DNA from: an uncultured Planctomycetales bacterium
GTDB lineage: Bacteria > Planctomycetota > UBA1135
Reading direction: 5' to 3'
DNA: 64,000 bases
Assembly (NCBI GenBank): GCA_964637165.1
Contig: CAZWVI010000005.1
Coordinates: 70,322 to 134,321 of the forward strand
A program made the position numbers and the translations under genes. The notes below the pieces were generated by a model that had not been told where the DNA came from, searched no databases, and saw nothing but the letters and a program-made list of their open reading frames with translations. Below, in pieces: positions 53,904-62,666 of this stretch. How positions within the stretch are numbered: position 1 is the first letter of the stretch; every line of letters starts with the position of its first letter.

Positions 53904-55289
53904 TTATGGCCTAAAAGTGAAGGCCAAGGGGTTGCTTGCCTGTCCAGCAAGTCCAGCCGGAAGGTTTATCGCTTGCACCGAAACACTTAGGCCAGCGGCA
54001 CCGACCGGAGTGTAAAGCGCTCCAAAGTAAGCATGACCAAGCGCGTCCGAGTAGGTTACGCGTAATGGGTGGGGGTCGGCGATTTGCAGATCAACGCCGC
54101 CAATTACCGATGAGCCAACTTTGTGTCCCCAGTATGCAATAACTGTTGAGCTTGGGGCGGCACCCTCGACGCGCATCGTGTGTTGATGTCCATCGGCAAC
54201 TGCTGCATCAAGTCCAGTTAGACGGAAAACTTGAGGGTGGGCAATCCATGAGCGGGTGTAGCCACCGGCGGTTTCGCCCCAACCGACAATTTGTCCAGCG
54301 TCGTTAATTGCTTTGGCATAGGTGAAAGTGTCAAAGTTGTTGGTGCCAGTTTCCAAGGAATTGAGGTCGTACATCTGGCCATTTTCAAAAATGAAAGCGT
54401 GCGCCCCTGCGCCGCCACCGATTGCCCAACCAGAATATCCAACAGCTACGCCAGCGTTATTGACATCTGCTGCCCAAGAGTTTGGGCCGCCAAGCGTGCC
54501 TAAATCATGAACACCGTTGTGATCCCACATTGCAGCATGCGTGTCACCGAGGGCAGTGAAAACCCAGCCAACCAAAACACCTTTATCGTTAATAGCTTTT
54601 GCACCGGCACCAAATCCGAGGTCTGCGAGTTGGGTTATGACACCGTTTTCCCAAATGGCCGCGCGTTGAATGCCACCCGCATCGCGAGCACCCATTGCAA
54701 TTTGCCCATTGTTATTAATGTCGTAAGCAGATGACCAATTACCGCCTAAAGTCGGCAGCTCAGTAATTTGTCCATCGTGCCAAATCGCGCCATGGTATTC
54801 GTGAATGTTATTGCTGACGTCAGCGCTCATAATCACTCCCACCATTACGCCAGAATCATTAATACCTTCAGGGCGACCAAAGGTAGACCAAATTCCAGCA
54901 AGTTGAGTTGTTGGGGTGTCTAACCAAAGGTCAGTTACAACCGGAAATAAACCGGGACTCATTGCACCGCTTAAATCGACACCGTAGTCAACTAGGCCAG
55001 ATGTTTGTTGTGAGTTGTTAGTTGCATAAGCAAAAGAATTATTTCCACCCAAAGTTGGGATTTCCTTTTCGGCTCCATCGTTCCATTGCCATGCGTGGAA
55101 CTGTGACCCAAGTTGGAAAATGTGTTCGGAGTACCCAATTACATAGCCAGAGTCGTTAATGTCCATGGCGAAACTCTTGGAGCCACCAAACGACCCTAAA
55201 TGGTCGACCTCATAGTCAACTTGGGCGAAGGATGGTGCGGCCAGCAAGCTAGCGGCCACTAAGCAGTTAAGGGCGTTCGGTAAATGCAT
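53904..55289 (-). CDS. Secreted HAF-family extracellular repeat protein
   Basis: Signal peptide ending AQV, then about 7 repeats of the pattern H-A-(A/F)-x-W...G...(D/E)LGTLGG..S.A..IN..G.(I/V)(V/A)G. C-terminal about 110-aa beta-rich module. I see no PEP-CTERM tail. Confidence 0.65.
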   Translation of the reverse strand: MHLPNALNCLVAASLLAAPSFAQVDYEVDHLGSFGGSKSFAMDINDSGYVIGYSEHIFQLGSQFHAWQWNDGAEKEIPTLGGNNSFAYATNNSQQTSGLVDYGVDLSGAMSPGLFPVVTDLWLDTPTTQLAGIWSTFGRPEGINDSGVMVGVIMSADVSNNIHEYHGAIWHDGQITELPTLGGNWSSAYDINNNGQIAMGARDAGGIQRAAIWENGVITQLADLGFGAGAKAINDKGVLVGWVFTALGDTHAAMWDHNGVHDLGTLGGPNSWAADVNNAGVAVGYSGWAIGGGAGAHAFIFENGQMYDLNSLETGTNNFDTFTYAKAINDAGQIVGWGETAGGYTRSWIAHPQVFRLTGLDAAVADGHQHTMRVEGAAPSSTVIAYWGHKVGSSVIGGVDLQIADPHPLRVTYSDALGHAYFGALYTPVGAAGLSVSVQAINLPAGLAGQASNPLAFTFRP

Positions 55290-55331
55290 CTTTCTATTTA
55301 TTCTAGTGATTTATTGATTTCTGTCGAGGTA

Positions 55332-56732
55332 TTATGGCCGAAAACTGAAGCTGAGTGGATTGCTAGCACGACCATTCATGCCAGCTGGAAGGTTGATAGC
55401 TTGAACTACAACTGAGTGGCCGGCGGCGGCGGTAGGTAGAAAAATGCCCCCTAAATAGGCGTGTCCTAGAGCGTCGGTGTAAGCTGCTCTTAACGGTCTA
55501 GGGTTTTTGATGAATAAGTCCACTCCACCAATTTGAGTTAGGTCGAAGTATTGACCCCAATATGCAATCACCGTGGAATTTGCTTCAGCACCTTCAACGC
55601 GCAAAGTATGTTGTTGGCCATCTGCAACGGCTGCATCTAAGCCGGTAAGTCGCAATGTTTGTGGATCGGCGCGCCACCCATATCTGTTGCCATTACTGAC
55701 TTCACCCCAGCCAATAATTTGCCCTGCATCGTTGATTGCCTTCGCGTATGAAAAAGTTGCAAAATCATGACTACCAGTTTGCAGTGAGTTCAAATCATGC
55801 ATCTGACCGTTTTGGTAAATGAAGCCATGATTATCAACACTGTTACTTGATAACCAATTGGACTGGCCAACGATTACGCCAAGATTATTAATGTCGCGTG
55901 CTTGTGCGTTAGCACCGCCCAAAGTTCCAAGATCATGAACCCCGTGTTGGTCCCACATTGCCGCATGGCTTTCACCGGCGGCATTGAAAACCCAACCCGC
56001 GATTACTGATCGTTCATTGATGGCTTTTGCGCAACCACCATAGCCGAGGTCGGGGAGTTGAGTCATTACCCCGTTTTCCCAAACAGCGGCGCGAATGGTG
56101 CCTGTTGCATCTTTTGCGCCCATGGCAATTTGCCCGCGATTATTAATGTCTTCAGCTGATGACCATTCTCCGCCTAAGGTTGGTAGTTCAGTTAATTGCC
56201 CATTGATCCATAAGCCACCATGAAATTCATGCAGACCAACGCTATTGGTATCGTCGCTTGTGATGAGTCCAACAACAACTCCGTGGTCATTAATCGATGA
56301 TGGTCGTCCAAAGTTTGAAACGATACCAGGTAATTGTTCAGAAGGAGTGTCTAGCCATAAATCAGATTTAATTGCAAAACGGCCACGTGTCCAATTACCT
56401 AAAACTCCTTGGCCATAATCAACCTCTCCGACAATCTGTTGTGAGTTATTTAATCCGTACGCCAAAGTTGTAAACCCTCCCAAGCTGGGTATTTCTTTTT
56501 CAACTCCATCTTCCCACAACCAAGCGTTAAAGCGCGAACCGTTGGTGAAACTTTGCTCTGACCAGCCCACAACCTGACCTGAATTGTTGATGCAATAAGC
56601 AATACTTTTTACACGGTTTTGCTCGCCAAGTATGTCAACCTGGTAATTATTCTGAGTAAAAGCGGGTGCCCACATGCCTAGCAGGGCAATGATTGGAAGG
56701 AGGGTCTTTTGAGATTGCGACATCCTAGTCAT
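55332..56732 (-). CDS. Secreted HAF-family extracellular repeat protein (tandem paralog)
   Basis: Colinear with 53904-55289 over the full length, with the same repeat pattern and the same C-terminal module. Confidence 0.65.
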   Translation of the reverse strand: MTRMSQSQKTLLPIIALLGMWAPAFTQNNYQVDILGEQNRVKSIAYCINNSGQVVGWSEQSFTNGSRFNAWLWEDGVEKEIPSLGGFTTLAYGLNNSQQIVGEVDYGQGVLGNWTRGRFAIKSDLWLDTPSEQLPGIVSNFGRPSSINDHGVVVGLITSDDTNSVGLHEFHGGLWINGQLTELPTLGGEWSSAEDINNRGQIAMGAKDATGTIRAAVWENGVMTQLPDLGYGGCAKAINERSVIAGWVFNAAGESHAAMWDQHGVHDLGTLGGANAQARDINNLGVIVGQSNWLSSNSVDNHGFIYQNGQMHDLNSLQTGSHDFATFSYAKAINDAGQIIGWGEVSNGNRYGWRADPQTLRLTGLDAAVADGQQHTLRVEGAEANSTVIAYWGQYFDLTQIGGVDLFIKNPRPLRAAYTDALGHAYLGGIFLPTAAAGHSVVVQAINLPAGMNGRASNPLSFSFRP

Positions 56733-56841
56733 TTTAATCTATTTCAGGCTATTAGAGGGGTTTCAGGGGGCGAATCTTAGGGAACCATGTAGTTTGTGGT
56801 AGCGTCTGATTTATGCGGTACTATTAAGTGCCACTTCACAA

Positions 56842-58440
56842 ATGCTCTGCATCCTCCCACTACTCATTCCCTTCGTAGGTGGCGACACCACCCACGAGTC
56901 CCTGGACCAACAATTTTTTGCTTGGTCTGTCCAAGAAATCGCTCTGCCACAGGGCAACCCTCAAGAATTGCGGGTGCCGGTGGTCCTAGAGGAGATTTTT
57001 GATACTGAATTGGTCCTCAGCCAGCACTCTGTGCGAGGCGATAATTTTGTAGCTTATGAACAAGGTGAAGATGGTGTAGTCCGTCCAATTCCAGCGCCAC
57101 CAATTTCAACTTATCGCGGATTTGTTGCTGGTCTTCCCAACAGTATTGTTAGTGCAAACTTGCACGATGGTCAGTTGCATGCTTCGATTTATCTTGGCGA
57201 TGGCAACGGTACTGTGGTGTTGCAACCACTTGATGAATTACAAGAAGGTGCTGCTGTAACTTCGCACATTCTTTACAAGCAAACCGACATACTTCCTGAT
57301 TATGGTTGGTTGATGGCCGAACCAATTGTGGTAGATGGATCTGAAATTCCTGCTCCGGTTAAGAACAATTTGCCAGGTGCTACAAATTCAACATCTCATT
57401 CTTCAGCAAACCATTCGCACAATACCGGTTCTGTAAATGGTGCTAACACCTTAGCTCCTGGTTTAACTACAACTTCAAGTGTGAGTGCTGGCACTGGTGG
57501 CCGCGCCGCGGATAAGACCGTAGCGATTGCCTGTGATGCGGATTACAAGTTTTATCAAAAAAACAACAACTCAACTTCGAAAACGATACAAGACATTGAA
57601 GATGTTCTTAATGATGTTGAAGCAATCTACCAACGTGACGTGAATATCTGTTGGCGACTTGCCACGGTTGTGGTGCGCACTTCAAGTGCTAACGATCCTT
57701 ACACCAGTAACAACGCCAGCACTTTGCTAACTCAGTGTCAAACTGAATGGAATAGTAATCAGTCGCACGTCGCGCGCGATGTGGTGCAACTATTTACTGG
57801 ACGTTCGGTAAGTGGTTCAACAATTGGCATTGCCTACCTTGGTGTTGTTTGCAAGACCGGTATCCATTACTCAATGGTTCAGTCTCGCTACACATCTAAC
57901 TGGTCACGCCGCGTCAGCTTGTCAGCTCACGAATTGGGCCACACTTGGGGTGCTGACCACTGCTGTGGTAGTTGTTCAGGTTGTAATAGTTGTCACATCA
58001 TGTGCCCATGTAATGGCGGTTGTTCAGGCAACGACAGCAAGTTTGGAAGTAGCAGTATTTCCAGCATTAACTCTTATAAAAATAACTCAGCACATTGTGC
58101 GGTTGATGGTTGTGGCACTGGACCAACGATGACTTTAAGCTCACCAAGCCCTGGTAACGCTGGTCAATACAACAAGGTCACGATTAAAAATGGAACTCCG
58201 AATAGCTCCGTTACGATTTGGTACGGTGGCTCTGCTGGCTCCACTTCCGTGAACGGCTGTAGTGGCTTAACTTTGGGAATTAATCGCGCCAAGAATGCAG
58301 GAGTGATTAACTTAGATTCAAACGGCTACGGAGAAATGCAAAAGTTTGTCCAAGGCTCAGCTGCTGGTCGAACCTTTTTGTTGCAAGGTTCAGATTCGAG
58401 TGCGTGTTTAATCTCTAACTTAGTAACCCACACCTTCTAA
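56842..58440 (+). CDS. Secreted metzincin (reprolysin/M12B-like) zinc metalloprotease
   Basis: Zincin/metzincin motif HELGHTWGADH, followed by the Cys cluster CCGSCSGCNSCHIMCPC, which includes a Met-turn candidate. About 106-aa C-terminal module shared with the HAF and ASPIC proteins. Confidence 0.75.
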   Translation: MLCILPLLIPFVGGDTTHESLDQQFFAWSVQEIALPQGNPQELRVPVVLEEIFDTELVLSQHSVRGDNFVAYEQGEDGVVRPIPAPPISTYRGFVAGLPNSIVSANLHDGQLHASIYLGDGNGTVVLQPLDELQEGAAVTSHILYKQTDILPDYGWLMAEPIVVDGSEIPAPVKNNLPGATNSTSHSSANHSHNTGSVNGANTLAPGLTTTSSVSAGTGGRAADKTVAIACDADYKFYQKNNNSTSKTIQDIEDVLNDVEAIYQRDVNICWRLATVVVRTSSANDPYTSNNASTLLTQCQTEWNSNQSHVARDVVQLFTGRSVSGSTIGIAYLGVVCKTGIHYSMVQSRYTSNWSRRVSLSAHELGHTWGADHCCGSCSGCNSCHIMCPCNGGCSGNDSKFGSSSISSINSYKNNSAHCAVDGCGTGPTMTLSSPSPGNAGQYNKVTIKNGTPNSSVTIWYGGSAGSTSVNGCSGLTLGINRAKNAGVINLDSNGYGEMQKFVQGSAAGRTFLLQGSDSSACLISNLVTHTF

Positions 58441-58471
58441 GTCGTCCGCCTAGGTTCGCAGTTATGTTTTA

Positions 58472-60661
58472 TTAACTGCGAAACTTAGTACCCGCGCCTG
58501 CGTGAGTTTTTAGCACTTGCGCAGGCGTGAACTTTTCAATCCCGCCGTCACGTTCACTCATTTCAGGAGAAGCGCAGATTGCTTCCAATCGTTTAACGAC
58601 TTCGTCGCTGCCAAGGTGATCGGCGTAGGCCAGCACTCCGCCATGAAACGGCGCAAAGCCTGTTCCAAACACGGTCGCCAGGTCAAGCATTTGCGCGTTA
58701 TCGACTACGTTCTCCTCAAGACAGCGAGCGGCTTCGTTGACCATTGCTAAGACCATACGGTCCACTAACTCTTGGTCACTTAGCTTGGCGGCCCATGTTT
58801 CCTTTTGGAAATTACTTAAATCGCCACAGAGTGTTGCTTTGACCTCTCTATCTTTAGAGTGTTGGTAGAAACCTTTGCCGGTTTTCTTGCCAAGACGATC
58901 CGCGCCGAGACCCTCAACTAATTCAGGGCATGGGTTCATGCGCGCACCATAGGCGGCGTGTAAAGAATTGCCAGCGTGGAGTGCAATGTCTAGGCCAACT
59001 TCATCGAGCAAAGTGAAGGGTCCCATCGGCATTCCAAACTTTTTCATGAGCTTGTCAATTTTGGCCGGATTCGCCCCGCCAACAAAAAGCCGTTGCGCTT
59101 CATCTAAGTAGGGGCCAAGCAAGCGGTTGACTAAGAAGCCGGCAACATCAGCCACAATTACTGGAGTTTTCCCAAGGCGAATTGCCAAGGCGGCGGTGGC
59201 AGTTACAACTTCTTCAGATGTTTGTTGGCCGCGAATGATTTCAACCAGTGGCATCTTCTTAACTGGGTTAAAGAAGTGCATGCCGACTACACGCTCTGGG
59301 TGCGGAATGCTTGCCGCGATTTCACTTACTGAAAGCGACGAAGTGTTGGTCGCCAAAATGCAATCATCACTTACTGTTTGTGCAAGACCGCCGAGTACTT
59401 TTTGCTTAACACTCATTACTTCAGCGACTGCTTCAATAATGATTTGTGATTTACCTAAAGTTGTTGAGTCTAAGGTTGCATCGAGGTGGTCAATCGCCGC
59501 GTCGGCCAAGTTCGGCTTTAAACGCCGCCGGCTTTTCTTTTTATGAACGTCGGCGCGGTGGGTTTGTAATGCCGCATCGAGAGCGTCCGGAGAAAGGTCG
59601 CAAATTCGCGTCCAGATGCCTTTGTCGGCCATCGCACTGGCGATTCCACCGCCCATGATTCCACCGCCAATGACCGCGCCATATTCAATTTTGGCTGGCC
59701 GCCATCCGTCAGCTCCTTTACCGAGTTTTTTAGCTGCTTCAGATCCCTTAAAAATTGAAATAAGCGCCTTGCAAACTGAACTTGAAGCGAGGTCGGCAAT
59801 TGCTTTTGCTTCTTTGCGCGCACCACCATTACGACTGGTGGTCGGCGCGGCGATTACCATTTTTAAGGCGCGAATTGGGGCCGGGTAATGGCCGCCAGTT
59901 TTGGACATGATCTGCTTGGTGGCTTGGTTGGCAATGATGCCGCCGACCAATGGATTGCGATCAACTGCCCATGCTTTCCAGCCACGATTTTTGCGCTTTA
60001 ACTTTTTACGTTTCATCGCAACATCACAAGCAAGCTCGAATAAATATTCAGGCTTAGTGATGCGGTCAATCATGCCACGTTTCCATGCGGCCTTAGCTTT
60101 GAACAAGCGGCCAGTCAGGATTGCATCAAGTGAAAGTGGTACGCCAATGCGTTTTGGCAAGCGGTGCGAACCACCCCAACCGGGCAAAATGCCGAGTTGA
60201 GTTTCAGGTAAGCCAATGCGGGTACGCTCATCATCAGAAGCGATAATGAAATCACAGGCCAATGAAATTTCGTAAGCGCCGCCTGGAACCGGTCCAGAGA
60301 TTGCCGCTACGGTGCGGGCTTTTAAATCTTCGATGCGTGAAAAAAGCTCATGAACAGCAAGCACCATTTTTTCAATCTCAACTTTGTCGGCGAGTTGGGC
60401 AATAGCATCGATATCGGCGCCAGCTGCGAACTGGCCAGGTGCACGGCCAGTCAAAACAATGCCTTTAAGGCTTTGATCTTTTTCTAGCTCATCGATGACC
60501 TGGTCCAAATCGCGAATTAGAGGTGCGTCCAAAACCGCAAGGGAACGGTGCGGAGGGTCGAGAATGACCACTGCAAGTCCTTCTTCTGGGCGTTCGACGC
60601 GAATGCACGCGCCAGGTTCTGGGCAGTTGTCTGGTAGTGGGTAGCCGCTGAAATCAGTCAT
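58472..60661 (-). CDS. fadJ: Fatty-acid oxidation complex alpha subunit (enoyl-CoA hydratase + 3-hydroxyacyl-CoA dehydrogenase)
   Basis: Crotonase-fold N-terminal half and Rossmann motif VIGGGIMGGGIA in the 3HCDH half. It lies downstream of, and overlaps by 8 nt, a FadI-type thiolase (fadIJ gene order). Confidence 0.88.
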   Translation of the reverse strand: MTDFSGYPLPDNCPEPGACIRVERPEEGLAVVILDPPHRSLAVLDAPLIRDLDQVIDELEKDQSLKGIVLTGRAPGQFAAGADIDAIAQLADKVEIEKMVLAVHELFSRIEDLKARTVAAISGPVPGGAYEISLACDFIIASDDERTRIGLPETQLGILPGWGGSHRLPKRIGVPLSLDAILTGRLFKAKAAWKRGMIDRITKPEYLFELACDVAMKRKKLKRKNRGWKAWAVDRNPLVGGIIANQATKQIMSKTGGHYPAPIRALKMVIAAPTTSRNGGARKEAKAIADLASSSVCKALISIFKGSEAAKKLGKGADGWRPAKIEYGAVIGGGIMGGGIASAMADKGIWTRICDLSPDALDAALQTHRADVHKKKSRRRLKPNLADAAIDHLDATLDSTTLGKSQIIIEAVAEVMSVKQKVLGGLAQTVSDDCILATNTSSLSVSEIAASIPHPERVVGMHFFNPVKKMPLVEIIRGQQTSEEVVTATAALAIRLGKTPVIVADVAGFLVNRLLGPYLDEAQRLFVGGANPAKIDKLMKKFGMPMGPFTLLDEVGLDIALHAGNSLHAAYGARMNPCPELVEGLGADRLGKKTGKGFYQHSKDREVKATLCGDLSNFQKETWAAKLSDQELVDRMVLAMVNEAARCLEENVVDNAQMLDLATVFGTGFAPFHGGVLAYADHLGSDEVVKRLEAICASPEMSERDGGIEKFTPAQVLKTHAGAGTKFRS

Positions 60662-61973
60662 TTGTTCTCTCCAAAATTACCGAGCCGCCTTGGCCGCCGC
60701 CGATACAAAGAGTTGCAAGGCCCAACTCGTGATTGCCGGCCTTAAGTTCGTGAGCAAGAGTTAGTAGCAGGCGCGAACCGGTTGCTCCGACCGGGTGCCC
60801 TAAAGCAATGGCGCCACCATTGGGATTTGTTTTGGCTAAGTCGAGTTCACCGATAGCTTGGTCACGACCAAGTTTCTTCTGGGCGAATGCCTTTGATTCA
60901 AAGGCATGCTTGCAGCCCAACACTTGCGTTGCGAATGCTTCGTTAAGTTCAACAACTCCTATGTCGGATAGTTGGCAGCCGGCGGCATCAAGTGCTTCAG
61001 CAGATGAGTAAACCGGACCTAAGCCCATGCGTTCGGGGTCGCAACCGCTCCACGCCCACGAGCGAATTTTGGCTAGTGGTTTTAATCCCATTGCGCGCGC
61101 CCGTTCGGCAGTGCAAACAATTAGCGCGCAAGCTCCATCGGTGATGCCGCATGAATTTGCAACAGTTACTACGCCGTCAGGCTTTTCAAAGTAGGGACGA
61201 AGTTTGGCCAACTTATCCATGCTCTGCCCATCACGAATTGAATCATCATTTACCACCCGCCCTTTTCGCGATTTAAGCGGGACGATTGGAGTTATTTCCG
61301 ATTTGAAGCGTCCATCGTCTCGCGATTTTTGGGCGCGATTATGCGATTCGCAAGCAAATTGATCAGCGTCCGCTCGCGAAATTCCAAAGTCGCGCGCAAG
61401 TAATTCAGCGGTCTTGCCCATTATCAATCCGGTTGTTGGATCAGTTAAACCTTGAACTAGAGTTACTGTTGGCGCCAACCAACTTGGTCGAAAGCTAGCC
61501 AAAGTGGACAACTTTTGGATTGGCGAACGCGCTTTCATCATGCGTTCAAAAAAGCCGGTCATCTTGTTGCCAAAGACTAGGGGATAGGCGGACATGTGTT
61601 CGACCCCAACGCATAAGTAAGTGTCACCAAGCCCGGCTTGGATATGGGTGATGGCAGAAGTTACCGATTCCATTCCGCTGGCGCAATTGCGCGCCACGGT
61701 GCGCGCCGGAACACCTTTAGGAATTCCTGAACGCAGTGAAATTACGCGTGCCACATTGGCTTGATCAAAGGGGTTGCCCACACAGCCAGCGATGACTTCA
61801 TCAATTTGCGAAGTATCGATACCGCTTTGGGCAATTACTTCGCGAGCAACTTGAGCGCCAAGGTTGGCGGCGTTTTCGTGTTTGAACAAACCGCCAGCGC
61901 GTGCCCACGGGGTGCGGGTGCCTGCTGCAATGACGATGTCCGGTGAGGATTCTGAGGTTGGGAAATGGACCAT
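60654..61973 (-). CDS. fadI: 3-ketoacyl-CoA thiolase, FadI type
   Basis: Thiolase motifs VARNCASGMESV, NEAFATQ, GHPVGATG and CIGGGQG. It also has the FadI-type insertions (KARSPIQKLSTLASFRP; AFESKAFAQKKLGRDQAIGELD) and is 439 aa long. Confidence 0.9.
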   Translation of the reverse strand: MVHFPTSESSPDIVIAAGTRTPWARAGGLFKHENAANLGAQVAREVIAQSGIDTSQIDEVIAGCVGNPFDQANVARVISLRSGIPKGVPARTVARNCASGMESVTSAITHIQAGLGDTYLCVGVEHMSAYPLVFGNKMTGFFERMMKARSPIQKLSTLASFRPSWLAPTVTLVQGLTDPTTGLIMGKTAELLARDFGISRADADQFACESHNRAQKSRDDGRFKSEITPIVPLKSRKGRVVNDDSIRDGQSMDKLAKLRPYFEKPDGVVTVANSCGITDGACALIVCTAERARAMGLKPLAKIRSWAWSGCDPERMGLGPVYSSAEALDAAGCQLSDIGVVELNEAFATQVLGCKHAFESKAFAQKKLGRDQAIGELDLAKTNPNGGAIALGHPVGATGSRLLLTLAHELKAGNHELGLATLCIGGGQGGSVILERTND

Positions 61974-61998
61974 TTGGTTTTTTGCTTGCGCCTTTCGC

Positions 61999-62024
61999 TT
62001 AACAGTGTAAACTTAACACCGTAA
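61999..62024. promoter_or_regulatory. Tandem 12-nt direct repeat, candidate TetR operator in the fadI / TetR divergent promoter
   Basis: TTAACAGTGTAA (61999-62010) and TTAACACCGTAA (62013-62024) are separated by 2 nt and bracketed by inverted CGCTT...AAGCG (61996-62028). Confidence 0.35.
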
Positions 62025-62067
62025 AGCGGAGCAGAAAAACCTTCTTTTTTGCTAAAAACATTAAAAA

Positions 62068-62664
62068 ATGACCAGAAGTGGCGGACCGGAGACTCGTAGC
62101 GCAATCTTAGAAGAGGCGCGTAAAGTCTTAGTGGAACAGGGGTACCGCTCGCTGTCCATGCGCCCATTGGCCTCGGCCGTAGGCTGCACTGCCACTTCCA
62201 TATATCTTTACTTCAAGAATAAAGATGCGCTAATCCACGCCCTGATTGACGAGGGCATGGGCATGTTGCACGAGCAATTGACCGCCGCTTTGGCAAGTGC
62301 CGAGTCAATTCCCGGCAAAATGCGCGAACTTTCTTCAGCTTATTTCGACTTCGGTTTGGCCAATCCAGAATATTACGAAGTCATGTTCATGCTCCATCCC
62401 AAGTTCATGGAGCGCTACCCGGCGGAAATGTTCCGTCGCGCTCGCCGCAATCTTGAATTATTTGCTACTCAAATCCCAAATCATGGGGAGTTGGCAACCG
62501 AAGAGCGGCAAGCCCAAGGCATTCAAGTGTGGTCATCTCTACACGGTGCCGTTTCTTTGTTGATCGCCAAGCGCGTCGACGTTCGCATTCCCGCGGAAAA
62601 ACTTCGCGAGTTGGCAATCGACCAAGCGGTCTCTGTGGCTACCTCACATCCTCAAAACAATTAA
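62068..62664 (+). CDS. TetR/AcrR-family regulator (likely fatty-acid degradation repressor)
   Basis: HTH region ILEEARKVLVEQGYRSLSMRPLASAVGCTATSIYLYFKNKDAL. It is divergent from fadIJ and lies 2 nt upstream of fadE. Confidence 0.85.
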   Translation: MTRSGGPETRSAILEEARKVLVEQGYRSLSMRPLASAVGCTATSIYLYFKNKDALIHALIDEGMGMLHEQLTAALASAESIPGKMRELSSAYFDFGLANPEYYEVMFMLHPKFMERYPAEMFRRARRNLELFATQIPNHGELATEERQAQGIQVWSSLHGAVSLLIAKRVDVRIPAEKLRELAIDQAVSVATSHPQNN

Positions 62665-62666
62665 TC

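Noticed and set aside
58455-58482. A perfect 9-bp inverted repeat TTCGCAGTT-N10-AACTGCGAA between the metzincin and fadJ, considered as a bidirectional terminator.
   Set aside because: There is no U-tract on either side, and the hairpin loop overlaps the fadJ stop codon. It is structure only, with insufficient support as a terminator.
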